Shown piece after piece: positions 45,472 through 56,565 of a stretch of DNA of 64,000 nt (position 1 is the stretch's first letter; each line of letters starts with the position of its first letter). The notes beneath the pieces were generated by a model. It did no database searches and was not told the origin of the DNA. It worked only from the letters and a program-made list of their open reading frames with translations. The position numbers and the translations under genes are program-made. The DNA comes from Nitrospinaceae bacterium. Its GTDB lineage: Bacteria > Nitrospinota > Nitrospinia > Nitrospinales > Nitrospinaceae. The stretch is from NCBI GenBank assembly GCA_965237905.1, contig OZ250172.1, forward strand, positions 2,784,001 through 2,848,000, in the 5' to 3' direction.

Positions 45472-45882
45472 ATGGATCTTCAATACAACGAGAACCAGCG
45501 CAAAGAATACCTGAATATGACCGACCGCATCGGGATGGAGTGGTTGGAAGTCTTTAAGGGAGATACCGAGTTTTACCAGGCGGCGTATTGGGATTTGTTC
45601 ACCCGCCTGTGGAAGTCTGGCATCCCGGAACGTAAAACCGATGCCCTCAAGTTCATGGTGGGAATCAAAAGCGCGCAAACGGCAGGCAAATATATTGAGA
45701 CGGCTATCAAGAAGAAGTTGATTGTCGAGAAAGACAATCCGGAAGACGCCCGTTCCCGCCTCCTCGAGTTATCACCGCAAATGAAAGAACGGCTGGATTT
45801 GTTTTTCGATCAGGCCGTCGGAAACTTGAGAAACTCCAACCGTATTATCGAATCCAGCCAAACTCCATCTATAGAGGTTTAA
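45472..45882 (+). CDS. MarR-like winged-helix protein
   Basis: LIVEKDNPEDARSRLLEL wing motif. Confidence 0.65.
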   Translation: MDLQYNENQRKEYLNMTDRIGMEWLEVFKGDTEFYQAAYWDLFTRLWKSGIPERKTDALKFMVGIKSAQTAGKYIETAIKKKLIVEKDNPEDARSRLLELSPQMKERLDLFFDQAVGNLRNSNRIIESSQTPSIEV

Positions 45883-45967
45883 CCCGAAAGAGAAATATAT
45901 TCCGGTTCATACTTCACACGATGTTTTTGGGGAAATGCAGAATTCATTGGATTTTTAGAGCACTCGG

Positions 45968-46390
45968 TTATTTCGAATTGCCCTTTAGGTCGGCGATCAT
46001 CTGCTCCCGCTCGAGCCGCAGTTTTTCCCGAAATGCCGCTACACCGCCGTGCTTTTTATCGTAATGCTTGCAGATTTCGTCGACGCTAACCACCGTATCC
46101 GCATGCTCTCCCGTCAGGCACCTTCCGTTCTTGTCGCACGCCCAGATCGGGTAATCCTTCTCCACCTGATCGCGAAAATCCTCCGGCAGGTTGGAGCTGT
46201 GCGGCAGATTGTTGTAGTTGGCATCGACCCGTTCCTCAATGCGGTCCAACTCCTTCACCAGGTCGTCGATGTTTTCGCCGTCCCAGTCGCCGACATGATC
46301 GTCGTCTTCCGCCGACAAAATGCGGTTTTTGAGGGCGGGATCGATCACCACCTTGTCCAGCGAAAACCGCCGTCCATGTTCCTCAGCCAT
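45968..46390 (-). CDS. Hypothetical protein
   Basis: GGAGAG RBS, coherent codon use; YPIWACD..GRCL. Confidence 0.7.
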   Translation of the reverse strand: MAEEHGRRFSLDKVVIDPALKNRILSAEDDDHVGDWDGENIDDLVKELDRIEERVDANYNNLPHSSNLPEDFRDQVEKDYPIWACDKNGRCLTGEHADTVVSVDEICKHYDKKHGGVAAFREKLRLEREQMIADLKGNSK

Positions 46391-46660
46391 AGGGCTCTCC
46401 AATAAGCAAATTATGTGAATGATTGGGATACCTTACCGCTCCCGTGCCGTCTATGTCAATTGGATATGTGATCATTGAGTAATGTTCCGACAGATGATTG
46501 GGCGGATGAGAAACCAGGCAAAATGGGAAAAACTTGAAAAGTCAACTCTGGTGAAATAAGTGGTGCTGCTTGCGGGCAAATCCCATTACACTATATAGAA
46601 GATCAATGAAGTGAGTGAGATCTCGGGGGAAGGGCCACTCGATTCTTTAGGAGGCTTCAT

Positions 46661-47014
46661 ATGAGCACTTTTAAAACTCGATGGATGGACTGGTGCGTTA
46701 TTGCCCTACTTCTTGGAGTCTTGGCAGGTTGTAAAGGCGAGCCGTTGCCCGCGGATAAAAAGAACTATGCGGGAAAGTGGGTAAGCTCCAGCATCACTCT
46801 GCAAATTTCTCCCGACGGGGAGGTGAATTACAAGAAGGAGGAAGGTAAAAGGGAAACCACCATCAAGGGTCCGATAAAGGAATTCGACAAGGATAATTTC
46901 GTGGTCGGCATCTGGATATTGACGACTACTTTTGAGGTGCAGAAAACTCCTTTTCAAGAAGAGGAACGCTGGGTCATGGTAGTGGATGGAAATAAGTTAT
47001 ATAAAGTGAATTGA
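46661..47014 (+). CDS. Lipoprotein
   Basis: GGAGG RBS, lipobox LAGC. Confidence 0.8.
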   Translation: MSTFKTRWMDWCVIALLLGVLAGCKGEPLPADKKNYAGKWVSSSITLQISPDGEVNYKKEEGKRETTIKGPIKEFDKDNFVVGIWILTTTFEVQKTPFQEEERWVMVVDGNKLYKVN

Positions 47015-47061
47015 CCCGTTGGGTCTTCCACCCTTAATTTCTCATTGACAGGATTTTTGGG

Positions 47062-48132
47062 CTAACCGTTTTCGGCTTCCCGGACAGACCGGGCAATGGC
47101 TTGGCTGGCTCTCGCACTGATGAACCGTTGCTGGTTGTAACCCCACACCATTTCCCAGGCGAGGTCCGGGTAACGGGCGACCAACGGGAGGGCGACGTCG
47201 TCCAGCATCCACTGGCCATGCCGCTCGTCCTCCCTGATATGCAGTTCCCAGTAGTTGATGGCTTCCCGACTCAATCCCAGGCGTTCCCCGGCGAGTTTGT
47301 AATTTTCAAACGCCGCAGGAACCGAAACTTCAAAGAAAAGAAGGGAACCGATATAACGTAAAAAATTCCGTTTGCGCTCGCAAAGAAAAAAACTTTGATT
47401 GATATTGGCCAGGACCTCCCAGGGAGCCAAATCAAAGTAAGCTTCCGGCCGGGTTTTCATCCCAAATTCCTCCAACATGGTAGAGAAATAGGACGAATGT
47501 TTTCTGGCTAATATCCCTTTCCCGTACTCCTCGAAAAAAATCCGGGTGAGCATCGATTGCACTTCATTCCCAACCCCTCCTAAAACCCGGGAGAGTTGGC
47601 TCGCCTCAACCAATCCGTCGAGAGAAGCGATGGCTAAAAGCCGGCGGTAACCGGTTTGCGTCATCTCATTTCGAAAATAAAGACCTTCAGGCGAAGGTTT
47701 CGGATCGAGGTCCTCAGCCACCCGGTTCCGCAACGCTTTTCTGACCTCAGTGACCGTATCGATGGGTTCAATACCTATAGCGTTCGATTCCCAATCCTGC
47801 CAAGCCGATTCGATTCGGCTTTGGATCCCGAAAAGATACTGAGAACCCTCATTGGTATAATTTTTCAGGTCGTCATACCAAAACAGTTTCAACCGGTTGA
47901 TGCGGTACAGGATCCTTTGAAGAAAGAGAAGGGTCTGTGGTTCGCACTCTGCCCCATCACGAATATCCGAAAGAGCGCACTCAAGCGCATCCTCGAAGGA
48001 CTCTTTCAACGCGGGTTTTTCGGCAATTTTTTGTTCCAGATCATCCAGATGAAGCAATCGAGTGAATTGACGTTCAACATCCTGGAAATCGATATCGGAG
48101 ATGTCTGTCGTTGAATCTATTTTTATATGCAT
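47062..48132 (-). CDS. Heme-oxygenase-like diiron oxidase (iron-containing redox enzyme family)
   Basis: EEYG.G....KH, FE...P, YWELHIREDERHG ligand pattern. Confidence 0.85.
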   Translation of the reverse strand: MHIKIDSTTDISDIDFQDVERQFTRLLHLDDLEQKIAEKPALKESFEDALECALSDIRDGAECEPQTLLFLQRILYRINRLKLFWYDDLKNYTNEGSQYLFGIQSRIESAWQDWESNAIGIEPIDTVTEVRKALRNRVAEDLDPKPSPEGLYFRNEMTQTGYRRLLAIASLDGLVEASQLSRVLGGVGNEVQSMLTRIFFEEYGKGILARKHSSYFSTMLEEFGMKTRPEAYFDLAPWEVLANINQSFFLCERKRNFLRYIGSLLFFEVSVPAAFENYKLAGERLGLSREAINYWELHIREDERHGQWMLDDVALPLVARYPDLAWEMVWGYNQQRFISARASQAIARSVREAENG

Positions 48133-48258
48133 TCGGCTTTCATTGGGAAATAATTAACCTTTTTGGATTGCACAGTATGTTTGGAAGGCTGTACCATAAC
48201 ACACTATGACGGAGACCCCAAACATCAGGACTATTTTACTTTCATTATCAGGACAATA

Positions 48259-49257
48259 ATGGCATTTGATTTCAAAAACCTCAGGCCGGACAACGATTCC
48301 AATTCGAAGGATCATGAATTTACGCAAGCGGTTATCAAAGGATTATCTAAAGAGCCAAAAAGATTGCCCTCTTGGCTTATATTTGATGATCGGGGAAGTG
48401 AAATATTTGAAGAAATCGTGGCGCTGAAAAATTATCATCCTGCTGTTTGTGAGTTTGAAATATTTCATGCGCACAAGCAAACGATTACGGAGATTATTTC
48501 TGATGAAGCTTTGCAGATTATCGATCTCGGTTCGGGGGATGCGCGTAAGACCAGGGTCCTTCTTGAGCATTTAGTGGGAAACAACCTGCAGATTCATTAC
48601 ATTCCCATCGATATCTCGGCAGGCGCCGTTAAAAATCTGGTCACCTCATTGGAGTCGAAATTCCGCAACACTTCCCTGACAGTCACCGGGATCGCCTCCG
48701 AATATTTTCAAGGATTGGAAGCGGTTCCCCGGGAACAGTTCAAGCGAAACTTTGTTTTCTTTCTGGGATCGACCATCGGCAATCAGGATTACCCTGCCGC
48801 AGGGAAATTTTTGCACCGGCTAGGGGATTCTCTCAATGACGGGGATTACGTGATGATCGGATTTGATCTCATGAAAAACCCCAAACTCCTTTACAATGCC
48901 TACAACGATCCCGAGGGTGTTTTTGAAAAATTCAATTTGCATCTATTGGACCGCATCAACCGGGAACTTGGAGCCAACTTCGTTAAAAGTAATTATGTTC
49001 AAGAGGGGCATTACAATGAGCAGTCCCGTGCCGTTGAAAGCCATGTTTACAGCACCGAGGACCAAACGGTTCAAATACCGGCGTTGAACCAGGAATTCCA
49101 CTTCAAAGCGTGGGAAGGGATGCAGACCGAATATTCTTACAAATATACGATGCAGGAAATCGAAGCGCTGGCTCAAAATAACGGATTTGGAATCGTTAAA
49201 CACCTTTTTGATTCTAAAAAGTTCTTTGTGGATTCGATCTGGAAAGTTAAAAAATAA
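48259..49257 (+). CDS. egtD: EgtD-family amino-acid N-methyltransferase
   Basis: GS.IFEEI, DLGSGD..KT, PIDIS, FLGSTIGN, AYND..G..FN, TEYSYKY. Confidence 0.85.
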   Translation: MAFDFKNLRPDNDSNSKDHEFTQAVIKGLSKEPKRLPSWLIFDDRGSEIFEEIVALKNYHPAVCEFEIFHAHKQTITEIISDEALQIIDLGSGDARKTRVLLEHLVGNNLQIHYIPIDISAGAVKNLVTSLESKFRNTSLTVTGIASEYFQGLEAVPREQFKRNFVFFLGSTIGNQDYPAAGKFLHRLGDSLNDGDYVMIGFDLMKNPKLLYNAYNDPEGVFEKFNLHLLDRINRELGANFVKSNYVQEGHYNEQSRAVESHVYSTEDQTVQIPALNQEFHFKAWEGMQTEYSYKYTMQEIEALAQNNGFGIVKHLFDSKKFFVDSIWKVKK

Positions 49258-49563
49258 TTTTCTATTAACCGCAGGATACTCTTATGCATGCAGGCCGAAC
49301 TTACACTCTTATAGAAACGATTGGCTGGACCAAGCGGTACATAGCGAGAATCCTTTTGAAAGCGGACCCAATGAGGTTCCCATCACCGCCCTGGCCCGCA
49401 CCATCGAAATCGACCTCCGGGAAATGCTCGACGAAATAGAAATCCCTCCCAAAATAGAACCTAAAAACAATATCCTTCTGTAGGGAATAGTTCTCATCTG
49501 GAGGAAGATCTTCCGGTGTGCATCCCGGACTGCGCCACATCTCCCACGCACAATGGCGAGTTC

Positions 49564-51348
49564 TTAATGCTGCAGGTGGTGGTGATAAGTCTCTCCGGCT
49601 CCTTTAGGAATGCGGATGGTGTCCACCAGATCCTTGACTTCCTGCGGAGGCTCGGAGGTCAGGCGGCTCACGGCATAGGAAACGATAAAGTTGAAAATCA
49701 TTCCCAGCGTTCCAATGCCCTCCGGTGAAATACCGAACCACCAGTTTTCAGGATTATTGGCTTCCGGATTGATGAACTTGAAATAAATAATATATCCTGC
49801 CGTGAACCCGAGGCCGGTGATCATCCCGGAAATAGCGCCTTCCTTATTCATGCGCTTGGAAAAAATTCCCATCAAAATAGCCGGAAAAAAAGAAGAGGCC
49901 GCCAGACCAAACGCAAAGGCTACGACTTGCGCCACAAATCCGGGCGGATGTATTCCAAAGTAACCGGCAACGGTAATGGCCAACGCCGCGGACATCCGGG
50001 CGAACATCAATTCCTGCTTATCTGTGATGGTGGGTAAAAAAATCTTTTTCATCAGGTCATGGGAAATCGAAGTGGAAATTACCAGAAGGAGTCCCGCCGC
50101 GGTCGACAATGCCGCCGCCAAGGCCCCCGCCGCCACCAGGGCAATGATCCACGCGGGTAAGTCGGCGATTTCCGGATTGGCCAAAACGATGATGTCACGA
50201 TCGATATATAATTCGTTGCCGTTTTCGGTCAACGGGTTGTCGATCTGCCGTTCCCCGAGGGGTCCGCGTCTCTCGATAAATCGCGGTTTGCCTTTAAATG
50301 CCTTTCCCGCAAGGTATTGGATTTTGCCGTCCTCATTTTTATCCACCCAGGCGATCAAACTGGTATCCTCCCAGTTTTTGAACCATTGCGGTGTGTTGGC
50401 GTAGGGCGCATTTTTTACCGTCTGAATCAGATTCACCCGGGCAAACGAAGCCACTGCCGGGGCCGTGGTATAGAGAATGGCGATAAAGAGCAAAGCGTAA
50501 CCGGCGGACTTACGGGCATCCCGTACTTTGGGCACCGTGAAAAACCGAACGATCACATGCGGGAGTCCAGCGGTTCCGACCATCAGGGCGGCGGTAATAA
50601 AAAAGACATCGATGGTTGATTTTGTCCCCGACGTGTAAGTACCGAACCCAAGCTCTTGCGACAAGTTGTCGAGTTTTTCCAACAGGTAAGTTCCCGATCC
50701 ATCGGTCAGGGTGCTCCCAAAACCGAGTTGAGGAACCGGATTGCCTGTCATCATTATTGAAATAAAAATGGCGGGTACCATAAAAGCAAAAATCAAAACA
50801 CAATATTGCGCCACTTGGGTGTAGGTAATTCCTTTCATGCCGCCAAGGACCGCATAAAAGAAAACGATCGCCATGCCGATCAGAACACCGGTGGTGATTT
50901 CAACTTCGAGGAAACGGGAAAATACGATGCCGACCCCGCGCATTTGCCCGGCCACATAAGTGAATGAAACAAAAATGGTGCAAATGACGGCCACCACACG
51001 CGCCAAGTCTGAATAATAGCGGTCCCCGACAAAATCCGGCACGGTATATTTTCCGAATTTGCGGAGATAGGGTGCAAGCAATAAGGCGAGCAGGATGTAT
51101 CCGCCGGTCCATCCCATGAGATAGACCGAGCCATCCCGGCCGATAAACGAAATGATTCCCGCCATGGAAATGAACGATGCCGCAGACATCCAATCCGCTG
51201 CGGTGGCCATGCCATTGGCCAAAGGCGAAACTCCGCCACCCGCCACGTAAAATTCATCCGTGGATCCCGCCCGGGACCAGATCGCTATCCCGAGATAAAG
51301 GGCAAACGTGACACCCACGAAAATAAAGGTTAAGGTTTGGACATCCAT
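49564..51348 (-). CDS. actP: Cation/acetate symporter (SSS family)
   Basis: NGMATAADWMSAASF, GTAGLPH, ALSTAAGLL. Confidence 0.9.
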   Translation of the reverse strand: MDVQTLTFIFVGVTFALYLGIAIWSRAGSTDEFYVAGGGVSPLANGMATAADWMSAASFISMAGIISFIGRDGSVYLMGWTGGYILLALLLAPYLRKFGKYTVPDFVGDRYYSDLARVVAVICTIFVSFTYVAGQMRGVGIVFSRFLEVEITTGVLIGMAIVFFYAVLGGMKGITYTQVAQYCVLIFAFMVPAIFISIMMTGNPVPQLGFGSTLTDGSGTYLLEKLDNLSQELGFGTYTSGTKSTIDVFFITAALMVGTAGLPHVIVRFFTVPKVRDARKSAGYALLFIAILYTTAPAVASFARVNLIQTVKNAPYANTPQWFKNWEDTSLIAWVDKNEDGKIQYLAGKAFKGKPRFIERRGPLGERQIDNPLTENGNELYIDRDIIVLANPEIADLPAWIIALVAAGALAAALSTAAGLLLVISTSISHDLMKKIFLPTITDKQELMFARMSAALAITVAGYFGIHPPGFVAQVVAFAFGLAASSFFPAILMGIFSKRMNKEGAISGMITGLGFTAGYIIYFKFINPEANNPENWWFGISPEGIGTLGMIFNFIVSYAVSRLTSEPPQEVKDLVDTIRIPKGAGETYHHHLQH

Positions 51349-51379
51349 TTATCTTATTTCCACTCGACTGACATTTGTT

Positions 51380-51718
51380 TTATTGTTTCGGATCGGACTC
51401 ATGGGATTCGTCTTTCAAATGGTAATAGTCTTCATCCGGAACAAAATTATCCTTGTCCTCATCCACGTCGTATTTGTGGTCCAGTTTGTTCATCTTATAG
51501 ACGTACACAAAGATAAGAATGACAAAGCAAAAAATAGACCCCTGCTGTGCCATCCAAAATCCGAGGTGAAAGCCGAAAAACTGGATAGTGTCCAATGCGT
51601 CGGCAAACAGAATTCCCATGCCGTACGAAACGATAAACCAAACCGACAAAAGCATCAGCACGATGCGAATATTTTCCCGCCAGTAGGCGTTGGTCTTGGA
51701 ATCGTGTGAATCATTCAT
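51380..51718 (-). CDS. DUF4212 small subunit of the SSS transporter
   Basis: AYWRENI, LGFWMAQQGS, MNKLD.KY; directly upstream of actP. Confidence 0.88.
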   Translation of the reverse strand: MNDSHDSKTNAYWRENIRIVLMLLSVWFIVSYGMGILFADALDTIQFFGFHLGFWMAQQGSIFCFVILIFVYVYKMNKLDHKYDVDEDKDNFVPDEDYYHLKDESHESDPKQ

Positions 51719-51905
51719 AACATTAGACTCAAAATAGTTTTCCGTTTTTTCAGAGGAAGGGTACCCAGGAAACCGCAGTTAAAATATATGTTTTCATAGT
51801 GTGCTGGATGATCCGCAAAGAAGGCGAACCTTCTGTCTATTAATTATAAGCCAGTTTTATTGTTTGAGCGACCCGCTCGGCCATATTGTCGGCACATGAA
51901 ATTTG

Positions 51906-54900
51906 TTATTTTGAAAAATGAATTTTGTCGAGGTCACCTAAAATCGCGTACAGAACCGGCACGACCAGAAGAACCAACACGGTGGAGGCCAGCATGCCGA
52001 AGACGATACTGGTCACTAAGGGGATCAACACCTGGGCTTGCAGGCTTCTTTCCAACAGGAGGGGCAACAGCCCCATGATCGTGGTCAGCGATGTTAAAAG
52101 GATTGCCCGAAAACGCAGGCGGCTGGCTTTTTTTGCCGCCTCTTCTGGATGATCTCCCTTCCTTAGATGGTGCTTGATAAATGTGACCAGAAGAATTGAA
52201 TCGTTGATGACCACTCCGGCCAGCGAAACCAAGCCCATCAGGCTCACCATGGAAATATCCAATCCCATGAGGTAGTGTCCCCAGATCACTCCCACCAGTG
52301 CCAACGGAATAGCGGACATGACTGCCAACGGTTCCACGTAGTTCTTGAACTGAAAACTGAGCAATACAAAAACTCCAATAATTCCGACGATGAAAGCTTT
52401 GAGCATGGACTTCCCGGTTTTTTGGGATTCCCTTTCCTGACCCTCCATAGAAAAAATAATGTCCGGGTACTTTTGTTTTAGATTAGGTAGAAAACTCGCT
52501 TTGGTGTCTGCCAGAATCTCCGCCGCGTTAGCGAGGTGGGTATCTACATCTCCTTGAATGGTTACCGTGCGTACGGAATTGATCCTTGAGATGCGGGCGG
52601 TACCTCGCTGATATTCCAGGTGTGCCACATTTTTTAGAGGGATCCTTTCACCGGTTTTTGTCGTGACGTAAAAATAGTCAAGATCATCCAGACTGTTCTG
52701 GTCCAAGGTAGAGAGTTGTACATCAATTTCATACGATTCGGAACCCACTTGGAATTCACCCGCCGTTTGGCCATAGAAAGCGGCCCGCAATTGGTTGGCA
52801 ATGGAGGAGGCATCCATTCCCTGTGCCAGCGCACCGGCTTTGAGTCGCACTCGTATTTCCGGTTTTCCCGGTCGCAAGTCATCGTTCAAGTCAAAAACGC
52901 CGACGTATTGGTCCAACCAATCCTGCAACTCGAGAGAGGCTTGTTTCAATTGCTCCAGGTCGCTACCCTGCAATCGGATTTCGACCGGTAGACCCCCCGG
53001 ACCTATAGTGGGTTCTTTGAAGGTTAAATTAATGATGTCCGGCAGGTCCTGCAGTTTTTCCCGCCACATATTTTTAACGGTATCGAGTTTGGCGTTTCGC
53101 TTTTCTGCTTTTAACAGATCTACTAAAATCGTAGCCACATGAGTCCCGGTTTCATTCGCATCCACATTCTTGTTGTACTGGATATTTATATTTTCGACCA
53201 GCGGCTGTCCTTCCGGCTGAAGGGGTTGGAGTTTTTCATTGACCTCTTTAAGTGCTTTGACGGTTTTCTCTGCAACTTCTTCCGTTCGGGACAAGGGAGT
53301 TCCTTGAGGAAGAAGAATCCGTGCCTCCAGCACGTCCCCATCAATTTCGGGAAAGGCAATAATCTTGATTTTCCCACTGGTTAACATTCCCAATGAGAAA
53401 ATAAAAATCAAAATGATTAAGCCGATGAAAAAATATTTCCAATTCACCGCCCAGTCCACGACACGTCCCAAAACCTGTTCGCGCAGATAATTCAAGGAGG
53501 CGTCCACCTTTTGTTTGAATTTGTTCGGTGCCGAGGCTGAATTCGAATGGATCGAGTGCGAGAGGTGATGAGGTAATATGATAAAGGCTTCGACCAGACT
53601 GACGGTCAAGGTCACGATAAGAATGACCGGCATCACCCAGAGTACCAATCCAATTTCACCCTCAATCAAAACCGCAATAGAGCCGAAGATGGCAACGGTG
53701 GTTAAAAAAGAGGAGAACACGCCAGGGAGCACCTCCAGAGTTCCATCGACAGCCGCGTCCAACGGTTTTTTGCCTCGTTGTGAATGAGAAGAAATATTTT
53801 CAGAAATGACAATGGCATCGTCCATGAGAAGTCCCAAAGCCACCAGCAACCCCACCATGGTCAGCATGTTCAGGGAAAAATCTATGCTATGCATGACAAA
53901 CAGGGTGCCCAGGAAGGAAACCGGGAGTCCCATCGTCACCCAAAAGGATGTTCGTAAGGTGAAGAACAACCACATGGTCAAAAAAACCAGAATCAAACCT
54001 TGAACTCCATTTTTTAAGAGCATGGTCAGGCGGTCACGAACAATATCCGAAACATTTTGAGTGAGGACCATTTTTACTTCCGGGGGATGTTGCAGGCGTT
54101 CCTTTTCCAGGAAATTCTGCACGGCATCCAGAATATTAAGCGAATCCTCACTTTTCATTTTCATGATTTTTAACAGGCCGGCTCGTTGCCCATTAAAGAT
54201 TATTTTGTCTTCATCCAATTCAAACCGGTCCGTGATTTTAGCAATATCACCCAGTCGAATTTCCTCCCCGGTTGTGTGTGAGATAATGATTAGATTTTCG
54301 AATTCCGGCACCGAGTACCGTTTATCCTGAAACCGGAACATGACATTCTGATCGGGAGTTTCAATGGTTCCGGCGGGCAGGTCGACATTTTGACGGGAAA
54401 GATTTTCGGTGATGTCGTTGAGATTCATTCCCAATTGAAGGAGATTCTGAGCAGGAATCTCGATCCGGATTTGGTGGTCCGAAAAACCCAGGATATTGAC
54501 TTGGGACACTTCCTCTAAAAGCAACAGGCGGTCTTTAAACTTTTCGCAAAATAATTTCAGGTCGGGTACGGACATGGGGCCCGTAACCGCCACGGACACC
54601 ACCTGATCGACTTTCCCCAATTGTTTGATGATGGCGCGTTCCACCTCGTCGGGGAAATCATCGATCGCTTCCACCTCCGTTTTGATGTCATTCAAAAAAC
54701 GTGAAAAGTCGCCTTCATCCCGCATTTCCACCACCACCCGAGCCCGGTTTTCCTGAGCCTCACTGCGGATTTCCTCAATGTGATTGACTTCATCCAGGGA
54801 GTCTTCAATGCGCTGGCAAATGGCTTCTTCGATTTCTTCAGCGCTGGCTCCGGGGTAGTTCACGATGATCTCGACTTCCTTGGGGGTGAAGTCCGGGAAG

Positions 54901-55013
54901 GTCTCGCGGCGAATATCCTGAACCGTAGCCAGCCCGAGGAAAATAAAAATCAACATCAAAAGGTTGGCGGCGGTCGGATGATTGGCAAAAAAACGAATGA
55001 AGGATCCGGGCAT
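51906..55013 (-). CDS. RND efflux permease (AcrB/CzcA superfamily)
   Basis: YPGASAEEIE, LMDDAIVISEN, GVVINDSI, RFRAILLTSLTT. Confidence 0.95.
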   Translation of the reverse strand: MPGSFIRFFANHPTAANLLMLIFIFLGLATVQDIRRETFPDFTPKEVEIIVNYPGASAEEIEEAICQRIEDSLDEVNHIEEIRSEAQENRARVVVEMRDEGDFSRFLNDIKTEVEAIDDFPDEVERAIIKQLGKVDQVVSVAVTGPMSVPDLKLFCEKFKDRLLLLEEVSQVNILGFSDHQIRIEIPAQNLLQLGMNLNDITENLSRQNVDLPAGTIETPDQNVMFRFQDKRYSVPEFENLIIISHTTGEEIRLGDIAKITDRFELDEDKIIFNGQRAGLLKIMKMKSEDSLNILDAVQNFLEKERLQHPPEVKMVLTQNVSDIVRDRLTMLLKNGVQGLILVFLTMWLFFTLRTSFWVTMGLPVSFLGTLFVMHSIDFSLNMLTMVGLLVALGLLMDDAIVISENISSHSQRGKKPLDAAVDGTLEVLPGVFSSFLTTVAIFGSIAVLIEGEIGLVLWVMPVILIVTLTVSLVEAFIILPHHLSHSIHSNSASAPNKFKQKVDASLNYLREQVLGRVVDWAVNWKYFFIGLIILIFIFSLGMLTSGKIKIIAFPEIDGDVLEARILLPQGTPLSRTEEVAEKTVKALKEVNEKLQPLQPEGQPLVENINIQYNKNVDANETGTHVATILVDLLKAEKRNAKLDTVKNMWREKLQDLPDIINLTFKEPTIGPGGLPVEIRLQGSDLEQLKQASLELQDWLDQYVGVFDLNDDLRPGKPEIRVRLKAGALAQGMDASSIANQLRAAFYGQTAGEFQVGSESYEIDVQLSTLDQNSLDDLDYFYVTTKTGERIPLKNVAHLEYQRGTARISRINSVRTVTIQGDVDTHLANAAEILADTKASFLPNLKQKYPDIIFSMEGQERESQKTGKSMLKAFIVGIIGVFVLLSFQFKNYVEPLAVMSAIPLALVGVIWGHYLMGLDISMVSLMGLVSLAGVVINDSILLVTFIKHHLRKGDHPEEAAKKASRLRFRAILLTSLTTIMGLLPLLLERSLQAQVLIPLVTSIVFGMLASTVLVLLVVPVLYAILGDLDKIHFSK

Positions 55014-55014
55014 T

Positions 55015-56373
55015 TTATTTCACGGCTTTGGAGCCGGTGGCCTCTTTGATAATTTTGGAAAGAGCGGCCTCGTCGGTTTGAGGTTGGAGAAGCATCCCGC
55101 TGATGGCCGGAACCAGATCGCTGATGATAATTTTTTCGTTGGGGCGTATTCCCGATTTGACCGATACAAGATTCCCTTGCTGGAAATCGATTTCTATCTT
55201 CTTTTTTCCCAGCCGGTTTTCTTCGGTGGCAATATAAACTTGCCCCTCGTGGACTGCCGATCTGGGAATAACGATGGTTTGGTCGCGCGGTTTCCCCCGC
55301 AGTTCTACTTCGACATACATGTTTTTTTGCAGAGGCGGTTTTTTGCCGGGTTGGGTTTTTTGAAAGGGGTTATCCACCGCGATATACACGCCAATCGAAC
55401 CGGTCTTGATATCCGTTTCTCCAAAGCGGGCAAAACGTCCTTCCCATTCCGCCATGCGCCCCCCCATTTCGAGGCGAACGATGGCTTGGAGACCCAACCG
55501 GCCCTGGACATCTCCCCGGCTCAAACGTTTTAAGTTTTGAATGTCGATCGGTTTCTTTAAGTTCTTGGGAATCAGGTTTTTCATGTAGTGACGGGAGACT
55601 TGAACCAAAATTTCCGAGATTGCTACGCTGTCGAGGGTGACCAGGACTTGTCCTGCCGTGGCCGCCTGGCCTCGTTGGATATCAACTTCCGCCACCCGGC
55701 TGTCAAACGGTGCCTTGATGACGGTTTTTTTCAGGGTGATTTGAGCATCCTGAGACCGGGTTTTGAGGGCGCGTAGGGATGCTTTTAAGGCGCGGCGCTC
55801 TGAGGGCAACTGATTCAATATTCCTTTGTAATTTTCGACCGTATTCTTTTGCGTCAAAAGGTTCTGTTCTTCCCGATTCAGGTCGGAACGGGAAATGATA
55901 CCGCCTTCAAAGAGCTTTTGTTTCCGTTCCAGCTCATTTTTGTAAATGTCCAGGGAACGTTTTTCTACCTCAAGTTGCCGCTGGGTATCGGCTTTTTTTT
56001 GGTCCAGTTCTTCAATCTGCGCCTGCATTTTTTGTATTTCGGCTTCGATTTCCTGCAAGGCCAATTGACTTTGTTCCGGCGCAATGCTGATCAATAGATC
56101 GCCCTTGGCCACGAAAGCTCCCTGCTGTAAGTCGGGATTGAAATCTACAATTCTCCCGGCAACCTCCGCAACGGCTTTCCACGTGCGCTCCGGTTGAACA
56201 TATCCGTTACCAACGGCGATGGGAATTAAAATAACTTTGGGGGCGGGGATGACGCGGACCGGCTTGGCCCGCTCCTGGATTTGGGTTTTCTCAGGACCAG
56301 TCTTGCTTTGAGACATGTACCAGAAAACGGCAATTCCTAAAACAAGACCCGGCAACAGTAGCAGTTTTTTCAT
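55015..56373 (-). CDS. RND periplasmic adaptor (membrane fusion protein)
   Basis: N-terminal TM, AEVAGRI, coiled coil, IKAPFD, IPRSAV. Confidence 0.9.
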   Translation of the reverse strand: MKKLLLLPGLVLGIAVFWYMSQSKTGPEKTQIQERAKPVRVIPAPKVILIPIAVGNGYVQPERTWKAVAEVAGRIVDFNPDLQQGAFVAKGDLLISIAPEQSQLALQEIEAEIQKMQAQIEELDQKKADTQRQLEVEKRSLDIYKNELERKQKLFEGGIISRSDLNREEQNLLTQKNTVENYKGILNQLPSERRALKASLRALKTRSQDAQITLKKTVIKAPFDSRVAEVDIQRGQAATAGQVLVTLDSVAISEILVQVSRHYMKNLIPKNLKKPIDIQNLKRLSRGDVQGRLGLQAIVRLEMGGRMAEWEGRFARFGETDIKTGSIGVYIAVDNPFQKTQPGKKPPLQKNMYVEVELRGKPRDQTIVIPRSAVHEGQVYIATEENRLGKKKIEIDFQQGNLVSVKSGIRPNEKIIISDLVPAISGMLLQPQTDEAALSKIIKEATGSKAVK

Positions 56374-56565
56374 GGATATTCCAAAAAGCGGGTGGACTCG
56401 ATACTGACAGCGGCCCATTAAAGCAGGATATCGTGAAAACATCAAAAAAAAGGCTTACGATAAATCTCTTAAGCTTTGTGGGGGCTAGGGCTTAAAGACA
56501 AAAATCCTGGCTTAAGATGTGGTACAACTTATTGGCCCAAGTCATTAAGAATAAGGAGATCAAGA

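Noticed and set aside
49187..49551. ORFs between egtD and actP
   Set aside because: No credible start or family motif; possibly a gene remnant, but unsupported.
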